A stretch of 64,000 bases of DNA from Candidatus Omnitrophota bacterium. Lineage in GTDB: Bacteria > Omnitrophota > Gorgyraeia > 2-01-FULL-45-10. A program made the translations under genes and the position numbers. Numbering within the stretch: position 1 is the stretch's first letter; each line of letters starts with the position of its first letter. Below the pieces are notes generated by a model, which was given only the letters and a program-made list of their open reading frames with translations, was not told the DNA's origin and ran no database searches. Below are positions 1 through 8,636 of this stretch, in pieces. The stretch spans positions 92,730 through 156,729 of the forward strand of contig CAIMPC010000007.1 in the NCBI GenBank assembly GCA_903843285.1. Reading direction: 5' to 3'.

Positions 1-1
1 C

Positions 2-172
2 GATATTATCAGGTGCGATATTCTCGATAAAAAGATGGGTAGTATAATCAGCGCAGCCGGTTTTATGGAAATTAGATCCAATAACAGGTTTCTCATATAT
101 CCTATAACGGTGCCTCCGGTTAAGCGCAATTGGCATTTGACATATAGTGACTCGGATCTCGACCTATTCTGA
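2..172 (+). CDS. possible 3' end of an upstream + strand gene (partial, function unknown)
   Basis: Frame-2 reading is open from the window edge to TGA at 170-172, 4 nt before ATG 177 of the next gene. This tight spacing matches the rest of the locus. No recognisable motifs. Confidence 0.3.
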   Translation, partial: DIIRCDILDKKMGSIISAAGFMEIRSNNRFLIYPITVPPVKRNWHLTYSDSDLDLF

Positions 173-176
173 CACA

Positions 177-968
177 ATTATGAAAAATTTAATTAAATAT
201 TTAATGCACTGTCTTCAGGACTGCATAAGCTTTATCATGTACATCTTCTTGGCCTGGATGAGTAAGAGGCGTCCGGTTACGCTGGTCTACCACTCCGTAG
301 GCAGGGTGGACCCATCGCAGGACCCGTACAGGCTGAGTATCATTCCCGAAAGATTTGAGGAGCATCTGAAGATAATCTCAAAATCCAGGGATGCAGTGAA
401 GATCTCGTTCGATGACGGATATGGGAATAATTACGATAGCGTATTTCCGTTATTGGAGAAGTATGGCCTGACAGCTACTATATTCCTGATAACCGATTTT
501 ATAGATGGTAAGATCGTATCTCAGAAATTTGGCGGAAGAGGCCTATCATTGAGGCCCCTTACCTGGGATGAGATAAAAGCTATGGATAGGGCGGGCATTA
601 TATTCGGTTCTCATACAAAATCTCATCCAAAACTATCCTCTTTATCCCGCGATGCTGTCAGGGAGGAGCTTATGGGCTCAAAAGAGCGTATCGAGGAATT
701 GCTCGGTCATAAGATATATGGCCTGGCATATCCTTCGGGCTACGGCGGCTCATTTAACCCTATGGTAACGGAGGTTGCGAAGGAGGTAGGGTATAAATTT
801 GCCTATACAAACATGATGGGAAGCAATAATTACGGCAAAGAGGAAGGTTTTGGGCTTCGAAGAGTACGAATATATAGCGAAGATGGCCCTATGAAGCTGA
901 AGATGAAGCTGAGGGGGGCCTACGACTGGGTCGATCTGCCCTTTATTCAGCGCCTATTCGTAGCTTGA
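177..968 (+). CDS. polysaccharide deacetylase (NodB-homology / carbohydrate esterase 4) family protein
   Basis: NodB-type motifs FDDGYGNNY, TATIFLITDF, HTKSHP in the translation. The ORF track starts at GTG 147; ATG 177 is preferred because the upstream frame stops at 172, but the start is uncertain. Confidence 0.7.
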   Translation: MMKNLIKYLMHCLQDCISFIMYIFLAWMSKRRPVTLVYHSVGRVDPSQDPYRLSIIPERFEEHLKIISKSRDAVKISFDDGYGNNYDSVFPLLEKYGLTATIFLITDFIDGKIVSQKFGGRGLSLRPLTWDEIKAMDRAGIIFGSHTKSHPKLSSLSRDAVREELMGSKERIEELLGHKIYGLAYPSGYGGSFNPMVTEVAKEVGYKFAYTNMMGSNNYGKEEGFGLRRVRIYSEDGPMKLKMKLRGAYDWVDLPFIQRLFVA

Positions 969-993
969 CAGGATGGACAATAATAGATAAAAT
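965..993 (+). promoter_or_regulatory. sigma70-like promoter: -35 TTGACA (965-970), 17-nt spacer, -10 TAAAAT (988-993)
   Basis: Read directly from the sequence, in the 100-bp gap upstream of the radical SAM gene at 1070. Same architecture as the promoter at 23929-23957. Confidence 0.55.
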
Positions 994-1015
994 CGTTTAA
1001 AACGTTTTGAACGAT
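992..1015. promoter_or_regulatory. 24-bp near-perfect palindrome ATCGTTTAAAACGTTTTGAACGAT (putative operator) overlapping the -10 element
   Basis: Inverted repeat with a perfectly palindromic AAAACGTTTT core. A second copy with the same half-sites lies at 23956-23979. Confidence 0.55.
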
Positions 1016-1069
1016 ATGGTCGAGCATTTACGCAATATCTAGCCAATATATGATAGAATATACACTGAT

Positions 1070-1972
1070 ATGAATAAACTAAGCTGCATAAAAGCACGGC
1101 CGGATCAAAATTACGTAGCCTATTTTCTTACGTTGGCATGTAATCTTCGCTGCCCGTATTGCATTAACATGCATAACGGTGGACCGAAAAAGGCATCTAT
1201 TGAGAGACGCCACCTGACTGCCGATGAATGGATAAAGGCCGCCGACCGCCTCGTGCTGAGGGACGACCTGCCATTGACTCTTCAGGGAGGCGAGCCGACA
1301 TTACATAAAGGCTTTTACGACATAGTGAATAAGGTCAAAGAGTCTATAAAGATGGACCTATTGACCAACATGCATTTCGATACTGACGAATTTATAAAAA
1401 ATGTGCCTGTCTGGCGGTTTACCCGGAAGGCGCCGTATGCGTCCATTAGAGCTTCCTATCATCCGGGACAGAATAACATAGATGAGCTTATTAAGAAGAC
1501 TTTTAAGCTGCAGGATGCGGGTTTCAGGGTAGGTATCTATTCGTTATCGAGCCCCGATGTAAAGACTAAGGAACATGTAGAGGCGGTGCGGGCCAGATGC
1601 CTGAAAGATGGTATAGATTTCAGATATAAAGAGTTCCTAGGAGAGTGGGATGGAAAACTGCACGGAATGTTCAAATATGATGGTTCTGTCATGGGGAGAG
1701 ATACGAGATGGTGCGAATGCAGGACCACAGAGCTCATCGTAGATCCAGCCGGCCATGTCTATAAATGCCACGCCGACCTATACAAGGGCAGGTCTCCTAT
1801 AGAGCATATATTGGATGAAGATTTTAACGGCGAATCCCTCCGGGAGTTCAGGCCTTGCGATAAATATGGTGACTGCAATCCTTGCGATGTTAAAGTTAAA
1901 ACCAACAGGTTTCAGATATTCGGGCACACAAGCGTCGAGATAAGAAATATTAAGAGGCATGATGGCGGATAA
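1070..1972 (+). CDS. radical SAM protein with C-terminal Cys-rich (SPASM/twitch-like) region
   Basis: CNLRCPYC (CxxxCxxC) motif near the N-terminus. C-terminal WCEC...C...CDKYGDCNPC cysteine cluster. Confidence 0.7.
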   Translation: MNKLSCIKARPDQNYVAYFLTLACNLRCPYCINMHNGGPKKASIERRHLTADEWIKAADRLVLRDDLPLTLQGGEPTLHKGFYDIVNKVKESIKMDLLTNMHFDTDEFIKNVPVWRFTRKAPYASIRASYHPGQNNIDELIKKTFKLQDAGFRVGIYSLSSPDVKTKEHVEAVRARCLKDGIDFRYKEFLGEWDGKLHGMFKYDGSVMGRDTRWCECRTTELIVDPAGHVYKCHADLYKGRSPIEHILDEDFNGESLREFRPCDKYGDCNPCDVKVKTNRFQIFGHTSVEIRNIKRHDGG

Positions 1973-3038
1973 ATATCTTATAGACGGCCATAAATTATTC
2001 TGGCACATGGACAAAGTGTCCGACTGGCAGAAAGGAAAGCCGGTAACACCGATCTATATAGAGATCAGTCCGGTGTCACTATGTAATCACAGATGCATAT
2101 TTTGCGGCATAGATTTTGTGCGCGATGTTGATTTTAAGCTCGATACGGAGCTTCTCCGTAAGAGGCTTAAAGAGATGGGCAAGCTCGGCGTTAAAAGTGT
2201 GATGTTTGCCGGAGAAGGCGAGCCCTTACTGCATAATGGCCTGGAGACATTCGTGAAGACGGCGAAAAATGCCGGCATGGATGTGTCGATCACTACGAAC
2301 GGCAGCCTCGGCAATTATAATATATGGAAGAAGCTCCTGCCGTATCTCACCTGGATAAGATTCAGTGTTGATGCCGGGAACGCCGAAAGTTATGCCAGAG
2401 TGCATAAGGTTGCCGGGAGCGTCTTCCACAAAACGATAAAGAGCATAGAGGATGCGGTAAAAGTTAAGAAGGACCTTCGCTTAGATGTGACGATAGGCGT
2501 CCAATTCCTGATGATAGAAGAGAATTTAAAGAGCCTGGAGGATGCCCTTAAACTATTTTCCAAGTCCAGAGTGGACTATTTCAGCTTAAAGCCTTATTCT
2601 CTCCATCCGCAAATGGTGCATAAGCGTGATATATTCTACACAAAACGGATAGCCGGAAATGTCCGTGCGCTTGTAGATAAATTCAGGAAGACATCAAAGA
2701 TGGAAATAATATTCAGGGATGATGCAATGGAAAAGTACGTTGGTAAAAAGAAGCAGTTCGGGCATTGCCGGGCCCTGCCTTTCTGGGGGTATGTATCATC
2801 AAGGGGAGATTTTTATACCTGTAGTGTGTTTATCGGAGATAAGAGATTCAGAGCCGGTAACGTCCACAAGGATAGTATGGCTAAAATATTATTAGGTAAA
2901 GATCGTGCGCGATCTATAGCCTATGCGGCCAGGAAATTGTCTGTCGGTAAAGAATGCAGGGTTAATTGCAGGATGGCGAGAGTAAACGAATTTTTGGAGT
3001 TTTTAGAGAATAGGCCTGAACATATCAATTTCGTATAG
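1959..3038 (+). CDS. radical SAM protein
   Basis: CNHRCIFC (CxxxCxxC) motif and glycine-rich FAGEGEPLL SAM-binding motif. Start overlaps the upstream gene by 14 nt. Confidence 0.7.
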   Translation: MMADKYLIDGHKLFWHMDKVSDWQKGKPVTPIYIEISPVSLCNHRCIFCGIDFVRDVDFKLDTELLRKRLKEMGKLGVKSVMFAGEGEPLLHNGLETFVKTAKNAGMDVSITTNGSLGNYNIWKKLLPYLTWIRFSVDAGNAESYARVHKVAGSVFHKTIKSIEDAVKVKKDLRLDVTIGVQFLMIEENLKSLEDALKLFSKSRVDYFSLKPYSLHPQMVHKRDIFYTKRIAGNVRALVDKFRKTSKMEIIFRDDAMEKYVGKKKQFGHCRALPFWGYVSSRGDFYTCSVFIGDKRFRAGNVHKDSMAKILLGKDRARSIAYAARKLSVGKECRVNCRMARVNEFLEFLENRPEHINFV

Positions 3039-3047
3039 GAGTTAATT

Positions 3048-3995
3048 ATGTCCACAAAGATACTTATCGTGAAGCTGGGATATTCGGAGACGCTCGACTC
3101 GGAGATTACCAGGATCCCAAGTCTCGGGGATGTTTTAAGGACCACGCCGATATTGTGGGCCCTAAAGGAAAAATATCCGGATTCTAATGTCACATGGCTT
3201 GTCGATAAACAGGCTGAACCGCTCTTGCGCGGCAATCATCTTATCGACCGTATACTGATCTGGGACGAGTTTGTGCCGTTTCAGCTTATGAAGGAAAAAT
3301 TTGACATACTGATAAACCTTGAAAAGATAGCGGGCGTCTGTGCTCTATCGGATATGATAGACGCGTGGGTGAAGTATGGTTTCAGGTTCGACGGAATTAA
3401 CGGCACATACCATGCCTACGAACGCGGCCTGGATTTTATCGACTATATTGAGAAGAAAAAAGTGGGCAAGTCCAGAGACTGCTGGCAGAAGATCCTGATA
3501 AAGATGATGGGCTCCGAATGGAAAGGCCAGGAATATATAATCGGCCATAAGCCTAAGTCGAAAGAGATCCACGACGTAGGGCTGAACTATACTGTCGGCT
3601 CGAAATGGCCGCACAAAGCGATGCCTGTCGAGAAATGGCGGGAACTGGAAAAGAAGCTTGTCGCAGAGGGGTATAAGGTATCCTGGCAAGAGGGCGTCGA
3701 CGACTTATATGCGTATATGGATTGGTTGAATTCCTGCAGAATAATAGTGTCGAACGACAGCCTCGGCCTTCACATAGCGTTTGCCCTTAAAAAGAAGGTG
3801 ATAGGGTTATTTGGCCCGACCGATTCGAAAGAGATATATTTCTACGGTGACGGCAAGATCATCCGGTCAAATGTGAAATGTAAAAATATGCCGTGCTATA
3901 AACTGGAGTGCGTATCCGGTAAAAAATGCATGGAAAAGATAAACACTGACGTCATAATCGATCGTGTTAACGATTTCGGAAAAGTGAAAAGGTGA
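3048..3995 (+). CDS. glycosyltransferase family 9 (heptosyltransferase-like)
   Basis: N-terminal ILIVKLGYSETLDS...LGDVLRTTPIL and C-terminal SNDSLGLHIAFALKKKVIGLFGPT motifs, typical of ADP-heptose:LPS heptosyltransferases. Confidence 0.7.
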   Translation: MSTKILIVKLGYSETLDSEITRIPSLGDVLRTTPILWALKEKYPDSNVTWLVDKQAEPLLRGNHLIDRILIWDEFVPFQLMKEKFDILINLEKIAGVCALSDMIDAWVKYGFRFDGINGTYHAYERGLDFIDYIEKKKVGKSRDCWQKILIKMMGSEWKGQEYIIGHKPKSKEIHDVGLNYTVGSKWPHKAMPVEKWRELEKKLVAEGYKVSWQEGVDDLYAYMDWLNSCRIIVSNDSLGLHIAFALKKKVIGLFGPTDSKEIYFYGDGKIIRSNVKCKNMPCYKLECVSGKKCMEKINTDVIIDRVNDFGKVKR

Positions 3996-4837
3996 GCGTG
4001 ACAAATACGGTGCTTAATGCAAAAGATATCAGAAAAAAAGCAGACCGGATAAGGGCGGAAGTTATAGATGTCGCGGTACGGAACGGTGCCGGGCACATCG
4101 CGCCTTCTCTGTCCTGCATCGATATACTCGTAGCGCTCTATTATGGCTCGATGTCCTACAGGCCGGGATATCCCGCTTGGGACGGCAGGGACAGGCTTAT
4201 ATTCTCTAAGGCACATGGCTGCTACACACTGTACGCGATATTAGCTGATATAGGTAATATGCCGAAAGAGGAGTGGAAAAAGTTTTATACCTGCGACAGC
4301 ACGCTCTCCGGCTGCGCAGAAAACAGGCCCGAGTATGGTATCGAGGCAAGCTGTGGTTCTCTGGGTCATGGATTACCCATGGCTGTCGGCAATGCGTTAG
4401 CCGCAAAATTACAGAAGAAGAAATATCACACTTTCTGTATTATCGGGGACGGAGAAATGCAGGAAGGCACCACATGGGAAGCTATTCAGTTTGCGGTTAA
4501 GCATGAGTTGAATAATTTAACCATAATAATCGACGAGAACCGTATTCAAGCCATGGATTTTATTACTAATATCATGGATATCGGGGTAAATGATAAGATA
4601 CGTAAATTAAAAGGTTTTGGCCTGTTGCCCATAGTATGCCCGGGGCATGATGTTGTCAAATTGGCAGGTGCCATCAGGCTCGCCCGCAGGCCATCCGGCA
4701 GAGTTCCCAAGGTACTTATAGCACAAACGACAAAAGGTTTCGGCCTGAAATGCATGGAGGATGTGCCTAAGTTCCATTTTCGTATTCCTACAGAAGAAGA
4801 GATATGTTTGGGAAGAAGCTATGGCTGCGGATATTAA
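3992..4837 (+). CDS. transketolase, N-terminal (TPP-binding) subunit
   Basis: GSLGHGLPMAVGNALAAKL and GDGEMQEGTTWEA motifs of the thiamine-diphosphate-binding half of split transketolases. GTG start. Confidence 0.75.
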   Translation: MSVTNTVLNAKDIRKKADRIRAEVIDVAVRNGAGHIAPSLSCIDILVALYYGSMSYRPGYPAWDGRDRLIFSKAHGCYTLYAILADIGNMPKEEWKKFYTCDSTLSGCAENRPEYGIEASCGSLGHGLPMAVGNALAAKLQKKKYHTFCIIGDGEMQEGTTWEAIQFAVKHELNNLTIIIDENRIQAMDFITNIMDIGVNDKIRKLKGFGLLPIVCPGHDVVKLAGAIRLARRPSGRVPKVLIAQTTKGFGLKCMEDVPKFHFRIPTEEEICLGRSYGCGY

Positions 4838-5312
4838 TTTTAGAAAAGATATAGGCGATAGCCTTCTGCCTTATTTTAAAAAAGATAAACGGCTCCATCT
4901 TTTAGTATGCGATATGGGGTTCGGGGTTGTCGATCGGATCAATAAACAGTTCCCGGGAAGAGTCATTAACTGCGGTATCATGGAACAGGGAACGGTCGGG
5001 ATCGCTGCGGGTATGAGCATGAGCGGTTTAGTTCCCATAGTCTATTCGATAGTGAATTTTCTTGTTTACAGGGCGCTGGAGCAGATGCGGAACGATGTCG
5101 TACTGCAGAAATTAAATGTTAAATTTATCTCTACAGGTGCGGATGATTACTTTAAGTTTCTCGGGCCCTCGCATTGTTGCGCCCAGGATGACATTAAGCT
5201 AATGAAGCTGATCAAGATGAAGGTTTACGATCCTTATACCGATAAGAAGGGTTTTCATAAACTGGTCAAGGAATGGATAGCTGATGATAAAGCAGGTTAC
5301 TTGAGGATCTGA
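4821..5312 (+). CDS. transketolase C-terminal subunit, pyrimidine-binding (Pyr) domain only (about 163 aa)
   Basis: CGIMEQGTVGIAAGMSMSGLVPIV Pyr-domain motif. Start set at ATG 4821 (MAADINF), overlapping the upstream gene by 17 nt. The C-terminal transketolase_C domain appears absent. Confidence 0.65.
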   Translation: MAADINFRKDIGDSLLPYFKKDKRLHLLVCDMGFGVVDRINKQFPGRVINCGIMEQGTVGIAAGMSMSGLVPIVYSIVNFLVYRALEQMRNDVVLQKLNVKFISTGADDYFKFLGPSHCCAQDDIKLMKLIKMKVYDPYTDKKGFHKLVKEWIADDKAGYLRI

Positions 5313-5317
5313 AACAT

Positions 5318-6103
5318 ATGGACAAAAAAATATTAGATCTTACCGTAGTGATGCCGGCACTCAACGAAGAACAGAATATTATATCCGCTATCGATTCGAC
5401 TTTAAAGGCCTTCGAAAGTCTGCATATTAATGGCGAGATCATCATTGTCAATGACGGCAGTTCCGATAAGACGGAAGAGTTAGCCTCCGGCATGATGCAA
5501 GGCGAGAACCGCGTCAGGATGGTAAGGCACGAGATCCCAAGGGGAATTGGCGCGTCATTCTGGGACGGTGTAAAAATTTCCGACGGAGACGCTGTTGTGT
5601 TGATACCGGGAGACAACGAGGTCGATTCCGAGGAGGCCTTGCGCTACTTTCCGCTTATGCAGCATGTAGATATCGTGATACCGTTTGTTTATAACAGGGA
5701 GGTCAGAAACCCGTTTCGTAATTTTCTATCAAGCGTATTCATATTCATTATTAACGTAACTTTCCGCGTTAACCTGAATTATACCAACGGTACGGTTATT
5801 TATCGAAAGTCCGTGCTATCTAAATTATCCCATTACAGTAATGGCTTTTTTTATCAGGCGGAGAGCCTTATAAAATTGATCAAAAAAGGATACCTTTTCG
5901 CCGAAGTACCGTATTATTTGCAGAGAAGAAAATTCGGGTCATCAACAGCGGTTAATTACCCATCACTCTATCGCGTCGCCAAGGGCTATTTTAATCTTAT
6001 CAAAGCTATCTATCTATCGGCAGATTACGCTAATGATAAAAGTCAATTTAATGAAGGATCAATATCCTCGAAACGCTATAAAGCATACGAAGATAAACAA
6101 TAA
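5318..6103 (+). CDS. glycosyltransferase family 2 (polyprenyl-phosphate sugar transferase, DPM1-like)
   Basis: LTVVMPALNEEQNI...IIIVNDGSSDKT GT2 signature. Confidence 0.75.
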   Translation: MDKKILDLTVVMPALNEEQNIISAIDSTLKAFESLHINGEIIIVNDGSSDKTEELASGMMQGENRVRMVRHEIPRGIGASFWDGVKISDGDAVVLIPGDNEVDSEEALRYFPLMQHVDIVIPFVYNREVRNPFRNFLSSVFIFIINVTFRVNLNYTNGTVIYRKSVLSKLSHYSNGFFYQAESLIKLIKKGYLFAEVPYYLQRRKFGSSTAVNYPSLYRVAKGYFNLIKAIYLSADYANDKSQFNEGSISSKRYKAYEDKQ

Positions 6104-6118
6104 GGGATCTTAAGTATA

Positions 6119-6637
6119 ATGAACGTATTGCTATATAGCATCCTGTTAGTCGTATTCGCATCCGTATTACATCTCGCCATATGGAAGATACGAATACCGA
6201 AAAGACAGACAAACGCATTGTTCGGGATATTTGTATTCACTCTTTCGCTAGGGACCTTCATTCTGTTCAGGTTTTCCGGATCCATAAGCTGGAATATCCT
6301 TCCTGCAGGCAATCTCTTTGAGATCGCGCAGTTTGTCCTGTTCTTTACTTCGATCGCAGTCGGCTACATACTCTCATATCCGGCTGTCGAAGTCGATAGC
6401 CCGACGCTCATAATAATAAAGGCCGTTTCGGATGCAGGTCGTAATGGAATAGAAAAGGACAGGCTGAAGGAGTTAGTGAATAATGACCTGCTGATTATTC
6501 CCCGCGTTAAAGATATGTTATCCGATAAGATGGTATATCTAATCGACGGGAAATATAAGCTGACCGGAAAAGGCCTTATAATGGCCCGGGTCTTTTCGAT
6601 CTACAGGGACTTTATGCGGCTCGGAAAGGGCGGGTGA
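6119..6637 (+). CDS. small membrane protein: about 3 TM helices plus a C-terminal winged-helix-like soluble domain
   Basis: Hydrophobic N-terminal segments. C-terminal ...MVYLIDGKYKLTGKG... is paralogous to the next ORF. Confidence 0.4.
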   Translation: MNVLLYSILLVVFASVLHLAIWKIRIPKRQTNALFGIFVFTLSLGTFILFRFSGSISWNILPAGNLFEIAQFVLFFTSIAVGYILSYPAVEVDSPTLIIIKAVSDAGRNGIEKDRLKELVNNDLLIIPRVKDMLSDKMVYLIDGKYKLTGKGLIMARVFSIYRDFMRLGKGG

Positions 6638-6643
6638 CCTGAA

Positions 6644-7195
6644 GTGAAGAGTGCGGCGATATTGATATTTGTATTAACACCGTTGATCGGGCTAAAGATA
6701 GACGCGCTGGTCCAGATCTTCAGCTGCCGCTCTAATCCCGGGGTTGGATTACTGAGATCTATCTATCTGGGTTTTTTTGCGGGTCTCTGCGGCCTTGCTA
6801 TGATCGATATCGCGTATTTGGTCTTCGCTCCGCAACTATTTAGGGATCTCACTCTTTCCAGTATCTCAAACATGATCATTTACTTTGCGCTCGGCTACGC
6901 CTATTTTCATTTTGTCGGCCTGGGTGAGACCGCGCGCAGGATCAGGATGCTGATAGAGATATATGGTTCTAAGAACAGCCTATCCCTGGAGGAGATATTA
7001 CAGCGCTATAATGCCACCGAGATAGTGAAGAAGAGGGTGGGGCGTCTCGTTGCCAATGGGCAGCTGATATGCAGAGATGGGAGATATTTTATCGGTAAGC
7101 CCGTCGTATTGTTCATTGCGCGCAGCGTTATATTGATCAAATATATATTTCTCGGCAAAGGAAGCGAATTCGATAAGGGACCGATTAATGGCTAA
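6644..7195 (+). CDS. small membrane protein (paralog of 6119-6637): about 3 TM helices plus a C-terminal winged-helix-like domain
   Basis: GTG start. Hydrophobic N-terminus. C-terminal SLSLEEILQRY...GQLICRDGRYFIGKP parallels the preceding ORF. Confidence 0.4.
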   Translation: MKSAAILIFVLTPLIGLKIDALVQIFSCRSNPGVGLLRSIYLGFFAGLCGLAMIDIAYLVFAPQLFRDLTLSSISNMIIYFALGYAYFHFVGLGETARRIRMLIEIYGSKNSLSLEEILQRYNATEIVKKRVGRLVANGQLICRDGRYFIGKPVVLFIARSVILIKYIFLGKGSEFDKGPING

Positions 7196-8615
7196 GGTGC
7201 TATTTTTACAGGACCTGGAGTATGAATTTTTAGGGCCGATGTACATTTCCTCGATCCTGAAGGAACACTCTCACAAAGTTATTATGCGCATAGGCGGACG
7301 TATCGATGATTTCAGGTCGACGATAGCCGACTTTAATCCGGACTTCGTGGCGTTCTCGATCATGAGCGGCAGCCATCACTGGGCTCTTGATATGGCGCGA
7401 CAGGTTAAAAAAGAGTATGGTATAGCCAATATCTTCGGCGGACCGCACCCTACCTACTTTCCCGAGTTCATAGAAGAGAAAGACGTCGATATCATAGTCA
7501 GGGGCGAGGGCGAGGAGGCCTGCCTCGAGCTGATGGACCGCTTTGACAGGAAAGAAGATTTCCTGGATGTGAAGAATATATGGGTTTCGCGAAGCGGCCA
7601 GATACATAAAAACGAGGTAAGGGCTCTTTGCGAAGACCTGGATAAGTACCCCTTTCCCGATCGTGAGCTTTACTCCGACCTGAAGGGCAAGGTAGACCTG
7701 AGCGTCCGTAATGTAATAGCTTCGAGGGGCTGCCCCTGGCACTGCACTTTCTGTTTTAACGATACGATGCAGGCTCTCTATAAAGACAAAGGGAAGTATG
7801 TCCGGATCCGGAGCGTCGATAAGGTGACCGAAGAGGCGAGGCTCCTGCGCGATGTCACAGATACGAAGACGATATACTTCGTGGACGATGTATTTGGCCT
7901 GGACAGCGAGTGGATGTTCGAATTTCTGCCCAAATTTAAAGAGAAGGTCGCCCTTCCTTTCATATGCCTGGTCAGGGCCGATGTTGTATGCAGGAACGAG
8001 AAATATGCGGAGTATCTGGCCGACTATGGATGCATGTCGGCCTGTTTCGGAATAGAGTCAGGCGATGAGAATATGCGCAATACCATCCTTAATAAAAATG
8101 TTTCCGACAAGTCACTTTATGAGGCCGCTGACCGGCTGCATAAGGCGGGCGTAAAGTTCAGAACGTTCAATATCATGGGACTACCAGGCGAAACCCTGGA
8201 GGACGCGTTCCAAACGCTTCAGATGAATATCGATATGAAGACCGACTATCCATGGTGCTCGATGTTCATGCCTTTTCCTGGCACAAAGCTTACCGAATAC
8301 GCGAAGGAGAAAGGGTATCTGCCGAAAGATTATACGATCGCCGATCTTTCGAAGAGTTTCTACTCTAAGTCCAGCCTGAGTAATCATCCGCAGATCAGAC
8401 AGATCCAGAACCTGCAGAATTTCTTCCAGACGGTAGTTCTTTGGCCATGGACGCTCGGTCTAGTCAGACAGCTGATAAAACTTCCTCAAAATATGATATT
8501 TACTATGTGGTTCGGGTTTGTATATTTTGTCGTTTATGTAAGATCTGAAAATAGAAGTTTTTGGCGGACGCTGTATTTTACCTTAAGAAATTATAAGCGT
8601 CTTATTAAAAGATGA
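7188..8615 (+). CDS. cobalamin-binding (class B) radical SAM protein
   Basis: N-terminal B12-binding-like domain with GGPHPT motif, then RGCPWHCTFC radical SAM cluster motif. Paralog of 37358 and 58167. Confidence 0.8.
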   Translation: MAKVLFLQDLEYEFLGPMYISSILKEHSHKVIMRIGGRIDDFRSTIADFNPDFVAFSIMSGSHHWALDMARQVKKEYGIANIFGGPHPTYFPEFIEEKDVDIIVRGEGEEACLELMDRFDRKEDFLDVKNIWVSRSGQIHKNEVRALCEDLDKYPFPDRELYSDLKGKVDLSVRNVIASRGCPWHCTFCFNDTMQALYKDKGKYVRIRSVDKVTEEARLLRDVTDTKTIYFVDDVFGLDSEWMFEFLPKFKEKVALPFICLVRADVVCRNEKYAEYLADYGCMSACFGIESGDENMRNTILNKNVSDKSLYEAADRLHKAGVKFRTFNIMGLPGETLEDAFQTLQMNIDMKTDYPWCSMFMPFPGTKLTEYAKEKGYLPKDYTIADLSKSFYSKSSLSNHPQIRQIQNLQNFFQTVVLWPWTLGLVRQLIKLPQNMIFTMWFGFVYFVVYVRSENRSFWRTLYFTLRNYKRLIKR

Positions 8616-8636
8616 GAATAGAATAATCCGTGGCCT

